Shown piece after piece: positions 39,771 through 52,004 of a DNA stretch of 64,000 bases; positions within the stretch are counted from its first letter, which is position 1; every line of letters begins with the position of its first letter. The stretch lies in the NCBI GenBank assembly GCA_020137815.1, contig CM035354.1, positions 4,340,001 to 4,404,000 on the forward strand, given 5' to 3'. A program made the position numbers and the translations under genes. The DNA comes from Hormiphora californensis. Taxonomy: Eukaryota > Animalia > Ctenophora. The notes beneath the pieces are model-generated. The model worked only from the letters and a program-made list of their open reading frames with translations, was not told the DNA's origin and did not search any database.

Positions 39771-40568
39771 AGTAAGCCTTGACATTTCCTACCGGTGACG
39801 GGGGCCGAAAGTGAAAAATCACTCGAAATTTCGAAATTCCAGAGTTTTCATTTTATTATTTTTTCAGTTGCACGAGCGCGCGGCGATATTTGCAGTGTAT
39901 AACTTCGACACTATCTCGCGCCGCGCAGTTTAAATTTGAGATTTTATCCCAAAAATTCATTTTCGTTAAAGTTTAAAACGCTTAAAATTTGAATCAAGCA
40001 GTCAGCAGACGAAGCATTTTAGATCTTAGCCACTACAACTTAAGGTCGGTTTTACATAAGCTTAAGAAGCATTCAAGGCTGAAGGCCGTCTATGTGAACA
40101 ATTAGTCATGACTATCGAATGAAAAAAGTTTTGAGTTTTGTCTTTTGATGGGAGCGGGCTACCAACAGCCAACTTATCCCCCAATTTGCGGTTTTCTCGA
40201 TTCTGTTTTGATATGTTTACAGTTTAGACATCGTCATTAAGATAGTTTAAAGCAATTTTATGCGGGATGGTATTTTTGGCCTTGTTTCCGAATTCCGGGC
40301 GCCGGGCGGTCGTGTCCCTAGTTCCGGCCGGTATGGTTTCTCTTTTTGATGGTGGACAGGGTGGCGGGTGCGTGGACGTCTTGGGGCGGGGTTGGGTCTT
40401 CCCTGTACATTGGGTGGGGGATTGGGCTGCGTGTGTGTGTTTAAGCAACTAACCTAACTGTTTAACCTAACTGTTTAAGCAATAGTATTTTTTGTGTATT
40501 TAAACTGTTGTATTTCAGCAGAATGGTATAATTCTGGAAACATGTGATTGCAATTATATCTGGCTGTA

Positions 40569-43482
40569 TGGAAGGAAATTACTACCCCCGTTCGGACACA
40601 TCATATTCACTTATTTCCTCATACAACACTCGAGCTAGAAATGGTAGACAGCCCCGTAATACAGGCCAATACTCCGAGATGGACGGCTCTGACTCTGTAC
40701 TATCTGACAGTGATTCTAACCAAGGAGGTGACAACTACCAAAACAGTTGTCATGATTCAGAGGACTCGGATGACTATGATGTAGCTCATGTTTTGGTCCA
40801 GACTGTGCCGATCCGTACACAATCCAGGTTGATTCAAGCCGAGGAAAAGTTTATACGAACAGAGATTGAGTTACAGGAACGGTACGGTAAAGATGTTCAA
40901 CCCCCGAAATATGTAGCACCCAAGCCTGCGGTTACTATCAAGGTTGTGGCCGTCCCTCCCACTCCAAAATTCCGGTGCAAATGTCTGGTGATCTTCCCGA
41001 CAGAGGAGCAATTACACGAACACATCAGAACGATGCATCCAGTTATGGATTTCAAGTGTATTGCATGTCCCATGTCATTTGACACAAGTACCGCTCTTGA
41101 TGCCCACGTGTACACTCATATTCGTGTCCAACCGTACCAGTGTAAATTATGTCAACAAGGTTTCTCCGAACGTAAAAACCTGACCCGCCACGAGAAAAAT
41201 CCACCCATTTCCTGTAGAAATATCACTGAGGCGGGCAGTAACGTTAAGGATTTCAAATGTATTGCGTGTCCCATGTCATTTGACACAAGATCCGCTCTCG
41301 ATACCCACTTATACACTCATATTGGTGTGAAACCGTACCGGTGTAAAATATGTCACCAGGGTTTCACCATACGTAACAACCTGACCGGGCACCAGAGAAA
41401 TCCACCCTATTCCTGTAGAAAATTCACTGAGGCGGGCAGTAAAGAAATAAGGAGGAAAAGAAATACATTTTCATACACAGGGGTGCGTAGTAAAAGGGCA
41501 AAGTTGGGTAAATCTGTCAAGACTGAGGAGACGGACTGTACCACTCCTATGTATACTGTTAAAGAAGGACCTGGTAGCTGGGTTTTCAAGAGATTCGAAC
41601 CAACCAACCAATCGGGAAGCTCGTGTCCTGAGAAACCAATGGACCAATTTGACAACACAAGAAGTGTACCAACTCAGGCACCTGAAACTGCTTCTAAGGA
41701 GGTTCAGGTAGACATTGGAGAGTCTAGCAGCAACTTTGTAGCGGCCCCTCAACCGTCAGATCTTCATAACAATCGTAAGTTTCTACTCAATCTAATTACT
41801 ATGAATGACCCGCTTTAAAGTTTTACTTGATTAAAAGACAAGTCTTCATGCTAATCATCCCATTATTTTCAGAGGGGGTGAATGATAAAGCTCCGACTAT
41901 GAAAGAACCAAACAAGTCCAAAAAAGGCCGTCGTACTAATCGAGGTGACTTCTTATGCATAGTGAGCGGCTGTTGGATAAGATGGCAGACGTTGGAAGAG
42001 TTAGACCTACACGTGAGAAACGATCATCCCAGGAAAGAATTCCAGTGTAGTGAGTGTGCCAGGTCATACGACACCGAAACAGGTTTGGCAATACACCAGC
42101 ACACACACAGCCTTTCGAGAAAGTTCGTGTGTGAATACTGTGGCTTACGGTATGAATCAAAACGCCTCTTGTTGGTTCACAGGCGGAAGAACCATATTAA
42201 AAGTGAACCATTCAAGTGCCGGTATCGTGTCAGCAATACTAATAATAGGGGAGGCCCGTGGTGCAGGTTTGAAGCACTCTCTATGAAGGAGGTGTACGAT
42301 CACATCATCGCTGATCACCCCGTGAGAAGGTTCAAATGTAAAATATGCCCACTTTCCTTCGACTATTCGGGAAGCAGATGGAAGCACACGGTTAAGGAAC
42401 ATGGGAAGAAGATTGACGACAACCAGCCGACTAGAGGAGAGTCACCTGATGAAATGCCAGAACTTGAGTCGGCCATCTTGGAACATGATGAAATGCCAGG
42501 TCCCGAACCCACCTCGCCGAACAGTGACCCATCCAGTCCAACATCTTCTGGATCGCAGGTTTACCCTGAAACTGAAGTTCAACTGGATTCCATTTCTACA
42601 GCCAGTACTTCTTCAACCGATCCTTCTAATCCAGGTTGGTAATATAAAGTAACGACTGTGTAAACGCTGTGTAAATACTGATATATGTTAGGGATCCTTA
42701 TACCTACTTTTAATATTTCAGGGCAGGCAAGATCTTTCGATAAAACAGTAATCCGAAAACTCAAGAACCACGGAATAAAAACTCAAGCATTTCAGTGTCA
42801 CCTGCGAAATTGTTCATTTACCACATGTACGTCTCAGGAGACACTGTTTGAGCACATTCGAAATGATCATCCTGTTAAAGAATTCGTGTGCAGTGAGTGT
42901 CCCATGTCATTTGATTATAAGACTTTCCTCAAGAATCACATCATGGCAGTTCATGGCGGAGAAAAGAAATACGCGTGTAAATACTGTGGGCAGGCGTTTT
43001 CTCAACGTAGCAACATGCTGACACATCAAGGCCGCCACACGGAGTTTAAATGCAAATACAAGGGATGTTCTCTTAGAAAACGCAGCCAGGAGGAGTTAGA
43101 TGACCACATCAGGAATGAACACCCAATCAAGAATTTTATGTGTGATCAATGCCCTATGTCCTTTGATACTGCTTCTCTGATGAATAGTCACAAGTCTTGC
43201 CACGACGATTCGAGACCTTTTCCCTGCGAAATTTGTGGAAAAACTTTTAAGAAAGAGTACCATGTTGTAGATCACAACAGGAGAGTTCACTCGGGTATTA
43301 AACCGTGGGTTTGTCAAGTGTGCGGAAAAGCTTTTGCCGAGAAACATAGCCTTGCAAGACACAAACGAGTACACACGGGTGAAAAGTTGTATGGGTGTGT
43401 ATACTGTGGGAGAAGATTCGCATCTGCTACCAGACTGAGACATGAGCAAACTTGTTGGAAGAGACCTCCCGATGACTTGTGA
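40569..43482 (+). CDS. Multi-C2H2 zinc-finger protein (3 coding exons)
   Basis: Many CxxC..HxxxH motifs and HTGEK-type linkers; introns at about 41777-41872 and 42635-42721. Confidence 0.88.
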
Positions 43483-43810
43483 ACTGAATAACGATTTATT
43501 TATATTTTATACCTCCATATTTTAAATGTTTTTACGACGGGTTTCACCAATGTATACATGTGATTTTGCATCAATGTCCTTAATTTGATTCATCATTATA
43601 TGTTATATGTATGAATAATATTACCTTTCAATTGTTCTACTTACTACGTAATTAATCACTCTGATAATAAATCCGATTTAAATGCAGTTTAACGCTGCCG
43701 CATGTTTAGTGTGCGTTTACCAAATGAGTTGCACAAACTCAGTACTCAATGCAGGTAGCTGCATATATTTTCACAGCAATAAAAGTCTGTCATTTCACTG
43801 TTGATCATCA

Positions 43811-46800
43811 TCAGTAGTCTGGATCAATGTCAATCTCAGAAAATCCAAGGGCACCGTGCCTCCTCAATAACTTGAAAATGCTGTTCTTTTTTAGTTTCTT
43901 AGCGTCGTCCAGTGGTGAGGTTTGCCATCTGGTAGGGAGGATTAGTCATCAAAAGACAAACTGGTAGGATGGTTCCCTGCCCATCATGAACTCTTAGTAG
44001 TACTCAGAGTAACTTAGAGAACAGGATCATTACATTTCAATATGGTGCACGTACCTGTCTATGGGGTTGATATTAACTTTACACTTTAACACAAGGAAGG
44101 TGACTGCATCGAACTGTTCTGAATGGGGGGGGGAGTGCAATTGAAGTTAATCAAAACCCAGAATTTATACTGCTTGATGATGCATTAATATAATATACGG
44201 TGGACTCCTACCAGTCCTGTCTGGCGCCGCAACCCCATCTGAGCGCACTGTCGCAATTTGAGAATCAAATGGGGACATGGCTCCCCCATACAGTGCCAGT
44301 CCTGTGATTGGTTACATACCTCCACAAACAGCCAGGTGAAGAGCAGTTCTACCATCATAATCTGCCCAGTTGAAATCAATGCCATCAGCGTGGTAACGAT
44401 ACAGCTGACTCATGTTGCCCCTCACCGCTGCAAACAACAGCGACATCATCTGCTGTTCCTGGAGAGACATCATTCAGAGTGAAATCTTTAGGGACATATT
44501 GGTGAAGAAATCAGCTGGTTTAGTTCAATTTTCCATTCGATGCCTGCCCCTAACTAGTTTAACTTGTCAACATGGTTTGTTGTAAAGTGTTTAGATCTTT
44601 CCTATGGTTGACCCATCATGTACTCACCTTTGTTTCACCAAGCCCTTTTCGTACTGGATTCATCTTCTCGAGTCCCAATTTGAGGTTTCCTTCGAAAATG
44701 TGAAACCTGAATCGCTCGGTAAATCGTTTGCAGAATTCCAGGCCCCGGACACTGTTGCTGGAGATATCCAGCTTTGGTGAGAAGATGCACATTCCCATAA
44801 CGTTAGGTACCACAATCATGATCATTCCTGCCAGGTTGCTCTTAGCAGGCAATCCTACCTGAAGAAAAAACGTGCAGGATTTCAGCCAAATTATACACTT
44901 AACACGGTGGATCCGGAGCACGGACACAGTGTCAAACGACTCAAGTGGATCTTTACCAACGTTAGCAAAGATCCAAAATGAACACGGTATGATGTACATG
45001 TGTTTCCGCTCCAATTACATTTTAAACCGGAATGTCCAAGATAACGTACCTCAAAGGCGTATGCTCCTGTGTAATCGTTCATACCGCAGCTCAGCATGAG
45101 GCTGAGTGTGTCTCTCACTGCACACGCTGATATTACCTGGAACGTGGGTGACCATTAATCTTACTGCTGATCACATGATGGACCATAATTGATGGTCCGT
45201 GAGGAAATGTACTCTTCTCTTTCCAGCTAGACTAGATTCCGGCTAGATTAATAGCCGGGTCGTTAATTGTTATAAGTGTCACGTCACATGGTGTTCAGGT
45301 ATTTACCTTCTTGTAGTCCAGTGGGCACACGCCCCCTCCCGCCAGGGTTGCAGCCATAACAGACCCGGCATCAGTGCCAATACTGATGGCATTAAGATGC
45401 ATGTACATCTCCACTATCTCATTGAGGTTCTTTGTTTTGGGGATGGCTCCCTGTTCCCTTAGGTGGTGCCCAATACCATACAGTTCATTGTTGTTCCCTA
45501 TCAGACTGAGACTGTAGGAGTTACTGTACTGCATCCCCGACCCATCACCCGCAAACCTCGTCAACTGTGGAACATTTGTGTTATTATTCGAGAGTGGAAT
45601 ATTCCATCAGTAGGGAGATCAGGCTGGTCCTGATATATAGTTCTATGTTGAAATGTATCAATAGTTCATGGCTTACATTAACTATTCTGAATTCTCTGTT
45701 CAAGGAATGTCTTACCTTGTTGTAGAGAGTCTCAAAAGAGGAGCTACTGCTTTCTTCCTGGCACAACAAGCTAGTTAACACTATTCCTCCTGCATCCGTC
45801 AACGGGTTATACGGTTTTCCTGAATAAAAACCTGAATGTCAGTCTACCAACTCACTTGTCTTGTCGAGACTGCCGAATGAATAACAGAGCAACCTACCGG
45901 CCTTGTTTAGGTTGAATGAACAATATAGCAACCTACCAGCCTTGTTTATCTTAAATGAACAATATAGCAACCTACCAGCCTTGTTTAGGTTGAATGAACA
46001 GCCATCCTTTGGCTGGGTTTCTTTGCCTATGTACTTGTGAATGTGTTGAGTTCCATGCTCCGTGACAGCAATACTATAGAGGAGGGGTAGGACCCCCGCA
46101 CACAGGGGAACTCCCTTCTTACCATCACCAAATGATAACATCTGATAGATATATCGTTACCATGGGAACATTGTCGTTACCATGGGAAAGCTTTGTGAGT
46201 GTTGACTCAATGCTACAATTAGAACATCTAAACTTCACTTACCTGTCCGTCAACAGTGCAGATGCTCACATTGAAATCGTTTTGACACCCCTTAGGAAGG
46301 AGGTTGGGAATCTTCCGGAATACCTGATAGTGAGGTAGAGTACTGTGTTATCACTGCTTTACCGATCTATCTGCTGTCTGCCACTGCATCCTAGCTCTCT
46401 TGTTACATTTACCTGTCCCTTACTGGTACGTTCCACAATACTATTATAGATGCCCTCACACTGAGTAGCAAAGTCAACCCACCCAGGGATTATCAGATTG
46501 TCTCCGAATATCTTGTTAAAGAAGGACAGATTCGGCTTTATACACCTACAGGTCGGAAGTAGTGTTTGGATGAACCTTTGTTGGGCCTAAAATTGATTGC
46601 AATTCAACTTGGAAATTGATCACTAACCGGTAGAACTCTTCAATGTCCAGGGTTTCAGGAAAAGGGTTGGACTCGCAGATATCAATACCGCCGCTCTTCA
46701 GAGATTTGAATAGCTTGATCACATTGACAAATCGTGGGTCAGTCAATGGGTGAATCCCATGCCTCTCCAGATACTAAACAGTTATATTTTAGTTTAACAT

Positions 46801-47258
46801 TCCTTGTGTTTGAGTCGCCAGACACAAGGTTGAATGTTTCATAGATGTTCATCTATGCACAATTCAACCTTGTGTTGTGACATGTATTTTTGCATGCTAC
46901 ACAGTACACTCTTCAGTCCCCTCGCACGCATCCCCAGATCTTCATAGTGTTTTACATGTATTGTTACCTTGAAGAACTTTGGAAGTGAAACTTCCAGTCC
47001 TGTATCCTCGTCCATAAAGAGGTTCAATATCTTCTCGTCGATCTCTATGCCATTGTAGTCAGTCAGGAGCGATGTAGATCTGTATAGCAGAGAGTGGAGG
47101 CTATTAGCAGTAGTTACACACACTTGATTATCAGAAGTGCATGGCGATAGTTATAATTAGCAAGACGACACATTTCTTGTTACATACCCGTGTGTGCTAC
47201 TTCCAGACATAGAGCTGAGAGCCTTGTGACGACGGAGACTCACTTGAAACTCCTCCAT
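43811..47258 (-). CDS. Glutaminase homologue with C-terminal ankyrin repeats; catalytic residues substituted
   Basis: SICTVDGQ, HKYIGKE, KPYNP, MAATLAGGGVCP, VGLPAKSNLAG, SPKLDISSNSVRG, DYDGRTALHLA. Confidence 0.88.
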
Positions 47259-47577
47259 TGTTGTTGTTATGGCAACTGTAGCTGTAGCAACCGGGGAATT
47301 CAGGGAAACAATACAACTATTCAAATAAGCTTTCTCTAGTAGAAAACTAACTAAGCAGGGTTTCAAAAGGAACACAAAGTTATCTTCATCTGATCATACT
47401 CTTTTGCGAAAGGGCAAGGGATTCCATTGTAATATCGAGTATTGCGACAAATTCAGATTGCATGCTGATCTTGCCTACCCCGACTAATTCACCCTGTAAT
47501 TGAACCCTACCCATAAATTGTACATATCAATCTTATTCAATCCGCCCTCTCTCCCTAGCGGAATGTAACAGATCAAT

Positions 47578-49208
47578 ATGACATTTCACAGAGGTAGGAA
47601 ATTATCTGACACTACCCCTAATGATGGAGATGGAGGACAAGAAAACAGAGGACTTATTGAAAGGTGTGTATAGTAAAACCGACCAAACTAAGGCTAAAAC
47701 CGGCAACTAATTTAAATCAAATCGAAAACCACTCAGCTCTGTCCGACTAATTTTTACCCTCCTATTAGTTGGTGTTTTCCACCGTATTACTGCACATGTT
47801 AACCACATGTATTCCACATCTAGGGTATCGTATGGAGCGGTTGAGTTCTCTATGTGGTGTGTTCTGTTGGCCCTGTTGCCGCTGCTAGGGTGGCGACATG
47901 TAAAGAGGATAGGACCTAATCGGGCACTGGTAAAACACCGACTGGGAAAGAGTCCAACTGTTAGCTACACGGGGTATGACGTTGTCCTCCCTGCAATAGG
48001 TTAGTGAAAGGAATCGTTACTCACTTGCCCAAACCTTCTGTTTCACAATTTAATCACGTTATTACTTTCACTTTCTCTTTATTGGATCCCAGTGTAAATA
48101 CCCACGAATCTGATTGGAGATCTAGGTATCATCAAAACTATGAAGTTTCCCAGGACTCTACCCTATCCTTCCAGATACGGCAGTTGAGTTGAACCTGGAT
48201 GCAAAGAGCATTGTGATTCCTTCAGCACAGCACGTTACCTTAGATAAAGTGTTCATTACTGCGGGTGTGATTGTGGAGTACAAGATTACTGATCCCCTTA
48301 CATGTGAGTTACCATGGTTACCATGGTTACCATTTCTAAATTAGTGATTGTATTAGAAGAAGTGAGAAGAATAAACTACACACATATGGTAGCTGTCACA
48401 TATCATGCCAATTAATTGATTTGTGTAGTTTCCTGCTAACACCCTGTACAAGAGTACATCTAGACTACACTCGCATTCTAACCACACTCCCATCTTGTAG
48501 TCGCCTGAACTAGAAACCCCCACCTACCACATCTTATACAAGATTATAAGAGACTTTCCACTAACCCACTTCTATTCAACAGGTGTTAGGGAGACCCAGG
48601 ATGTTGATGAGAGTGTTACACTAGCCAGCAAGACGGCCCTCCCAGTAGTTCTCTCCCAGAACACCTCGGCAATGATACAGTGCTCCAAGAAGTTGATCGA
48701 GTACGCGGTAGTTAAGAATATCAACAATGCCATCTTTCTATGGGGTGTAGAGGTGATTAGTGCGGAGTTGAAACCACTCAGTTTCGCCCGACCTCCCTCA
48801 ACAACACCTTCATCATCTTCTTCCAAAGACCCCGCTTCAATATTTGTAAATCTGATCAACAAGCTAGCAGGAAACAACCCCCTTCCGGAGCGGGATGAGT
48901 TTACCATTACCTCCCTTATCGACTCCCTCATGCCCTATCTGACACCCTCAGTTGGTTCAAAGGTTGATGCTGTGGTGCTACTAGATCTAGAAGGGGAGAG
49001 GGGTGGCAAGTGTCTGATTGACTTTAGGACATGTTCTATGGTAGCTGACCCCAAGGTATGTCATCCCGATGTAACTCTACACATGAGTGTGGAGACTCTG
49101 CACACCTTAGTGGAGGAGAGGGACAGTGTAGTGGGTTATGTTCGGGATGGACGGATTCGTGTTGAGGGTGATATGGAGGTCGCACGCCGGTTACAGAACT
49201 TCTTCTAG
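47578..49208 (+). CDS. STOML1: Stomatin-like protein 1 (SPFH + SCP2 domain)
   Basis: Membrane hairpin, RALVKHRLGK..VVLPAID, WGVEVISAEL; C-terminal PDVTLHMS..DGRIRVEGDMEVARRL (SCP2). Confidence 0.8.
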
Positions 49209-49395
49209 ATTATTGTGTGTTTCAAAATATTGTGTGTTTATTTGTGTGTAAAGTTTACTTATTGTACATTATGAGTTGGGAATTTGCATCAAATCGCTGT
49301 TATTGCTTGTAATACTTTCTTTGCTCACGCTACACAGTGCTGCATCCAGTAATTGTTTCAATCCCCTTTCCTCCCACTAGCTCACGTCCTACGCC

Positions 49396-51860
49396 ATGGA
49401 CGCGGCCACCATGTCGCGGCTGAGTGCGGCGTGTGCCCGACAAGAGCGGAGTGAGAATGCTGCCAGGGCTCGGGAAGATGCCATTATGAGATGTAAAACC
49501 CGAGGTGGAGGGAGGGGAGGAGGGAGAAGGGGTGGTGGTGGAGGAGGGAGATTTAACAGCAATAGTTCCACACAGATCAACTACAGGACACCTGCAGTGC
49601 GGCAACGGTTTACTGAATTCAGTGGATTTGTGCCCTCTTTAGAGATTAAAATCTCCAACAATACGGTCAAAGCATCCCATCGAGCTTGTGTTCGGTGCAG
49701 CCCCCAGAGCAGGCAGCATTGGCACCCGTCCAGCGAGGGTAGGATAGATCTAACAAAACTGCCAGTGTATAGGAGGTTTGGGGTATTCCATTACTACTTC
49801 TCTGATGTCTGTAGTTGTTCCAAACTCAAGGTAACAGCCCACCCGGACCTGCAGAATACAGTCCTGGACAGTAAAGAGGTCCGTGTGGAGATGGAGAAGA
49901 CTGGCTCACCATCAGCGGAGAAAACAGCACGAACACTCCTAGCCACCATTACCGCACATTCCTGTTCTCTGGTTGCTAAGATAGCAGGTTGGGTTCTCAC
50001 CAAGGTCTTCCAATTCTCAACCAGTGGTGTGTTTGTAGAGCGAAGTGAAGTGGAAATCCTGCAGGAAGCATCAGGGAAGGGTGTTCCAATCTTATACCTA
50101 CCCCTCCACAGATCACACCTGGACTACATGATTCTCATGTGGGTTCTCTGTCTGATGGACATCCCCTCTCCCTTCGTAGCAGCTGGGGACAATCTGAATA
50201 TAACCCTGGTCGGGACCATTCTGAGGAAGTTGGGGGCATTCTTTATCAGGAGACGGCCCGGTAAGGATCAGGAGTTATACAAGGCTGTGTTGGGAGAGTA
50301 TCTAGTTGAGTTGCTGAGACAGGGACGCAGTGTTGAGTTCTTTGTGGAGGGGAAGAGGACCCGGAGTGGGCTGATAAACGCTACTAGAGTTGGACTTATC
50401 CAACAGGTAATTTATAGCCACGCTAAATCTTTATGTTTTCTTATTTCACAACGTTGTTCATTCTTTCCCTTTTGCTTACCCTCTATTTCTCCTATCCCTC
50501 TCAAACAAACCGTACCCTCTCTCTCCCTCTGCAGGTTATCACAGCAGTTCGGAGTGGTGTCATTAACGATGTTCTAATCTGTCCACTATCACTCACCTAC
50601 GACAAAGTTCCCGAGGAAAGTCTAACATTGGAACTTCAGGGAGCGAACAAGACTGCTGAGAACGTCCTGTCAGCCCTGTGGCACAGCCTCACATTCCCCT
50701 TTCGGCAGCACTACGGTTCCATTCGGGTTAACTTCTCTGAACCATTTAGTTTGAGTGAGTTTGTGGACCAAGTTAGTGTGGTGCAGAGAACGGACGATGT
50801 GTTCCAGTTAGCCACGTACCTGGGTGATCACGTGTTGCATGCCGCCATGGAAACCAGTTCCATCAGTGAGACATGTCTCCTGGCTGTCCTTCTTCTCTCT
50901 ACTGATACCAGGATCACCCTTACTGAACTGGAAAGGAGGGGCAGGGAGTGGGAGACAGTTATCAAGAGACTCAACAAGAGACTCCCCTTTGAGACAACAT
51001 CTGATGGGTATCTGAAGGTTGGGTTGCAAGGCTTGAGGGATCTACTAAACTGGGAACATGGAGCTGATGGTGAGGTTGTTGTGAGTAGAATCAGGAACAC
51101 CCAGGCAGACCTACTCCTTCATTACTACTCTGCTCCCCTTCTAACGTTCTCGTTCACCCTCTCCTGTCTCTCCATCTCTGTTGCTCCCCTGCTCGCTGCT
51201 AATATTGGAGACGAGGAAGGGTACTATAATAATCCTGCCAGTTCCCAGCACCTTGAGGACAGGATCAGTAAGACAAGGTTGGTTAGCAATGGTAACACAC
51301 TCTGCCAACTCCTCCACCCGATAATCCGGTCTATCCCGCCCTGTGATGATATGGATCAGAGGTTATCATATGATGTGGATATCCTTCAAACACTCTCAAT
51401 TATCAGCCCTGGATTATCCGCTCTGAGTAGCATTGAGGAACAGAGGAACAGGAGAACCGCGGATCAGTTGGGTATGGAGGATTGGGATTGTGTCGAACAG
51501 GAAACTTATGTGTTTGTGAACCGGTTCAAGATGGGTATGGTGACCATGTTGTCCCAACTAGTCCTGCCTTATGTCGAGGTGGTGTGGTCTGTTTTGGGCA
51601 TGTTTATTGATATCGATCAGGAGTACTCCAGCAAGGATGAACTTGTGACGGTGGTGTGTGCTGATGCTGTTGAGAAGTATGAGTTGGGGACGAGAGAGGC
51701 TCTCTCTACCTCTAAATTACACGTGATGGGGGTTGTGAACAGTCTAGTCGAGCAGGGGGTGCTGAGTGTTGGGCAGGATGGGAAAGTCCAGGTACTGGTG
51801 GGTGATGATTGTTTTTACATCTGGATGATTTTCATTAGCACATACTTCACTGACCACTGA
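49396..51860 (+). CDS. GPAM: Glycerol-3-phosphate acyltransferase, mitochondrial GPAT1/2-like
   Basis: PLHRSHLDY, GAFFIRR, FFVEGKRTRSG; one intron at 50407-50534. Confidence 0.85.
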
Positions 51861-52004
51861 TGTTAACTGCGGGATGTGTCTTTTAATTATTTTTAATACG
51901 ACCACAATTATTTTAATTTTCACTCATTGAATTTCCAAAACTGAGCTGTTTTATTGTTCCACACCATATCGACTCCAACCCCCCTCTATCCCACAATAGC
52001 TGCT

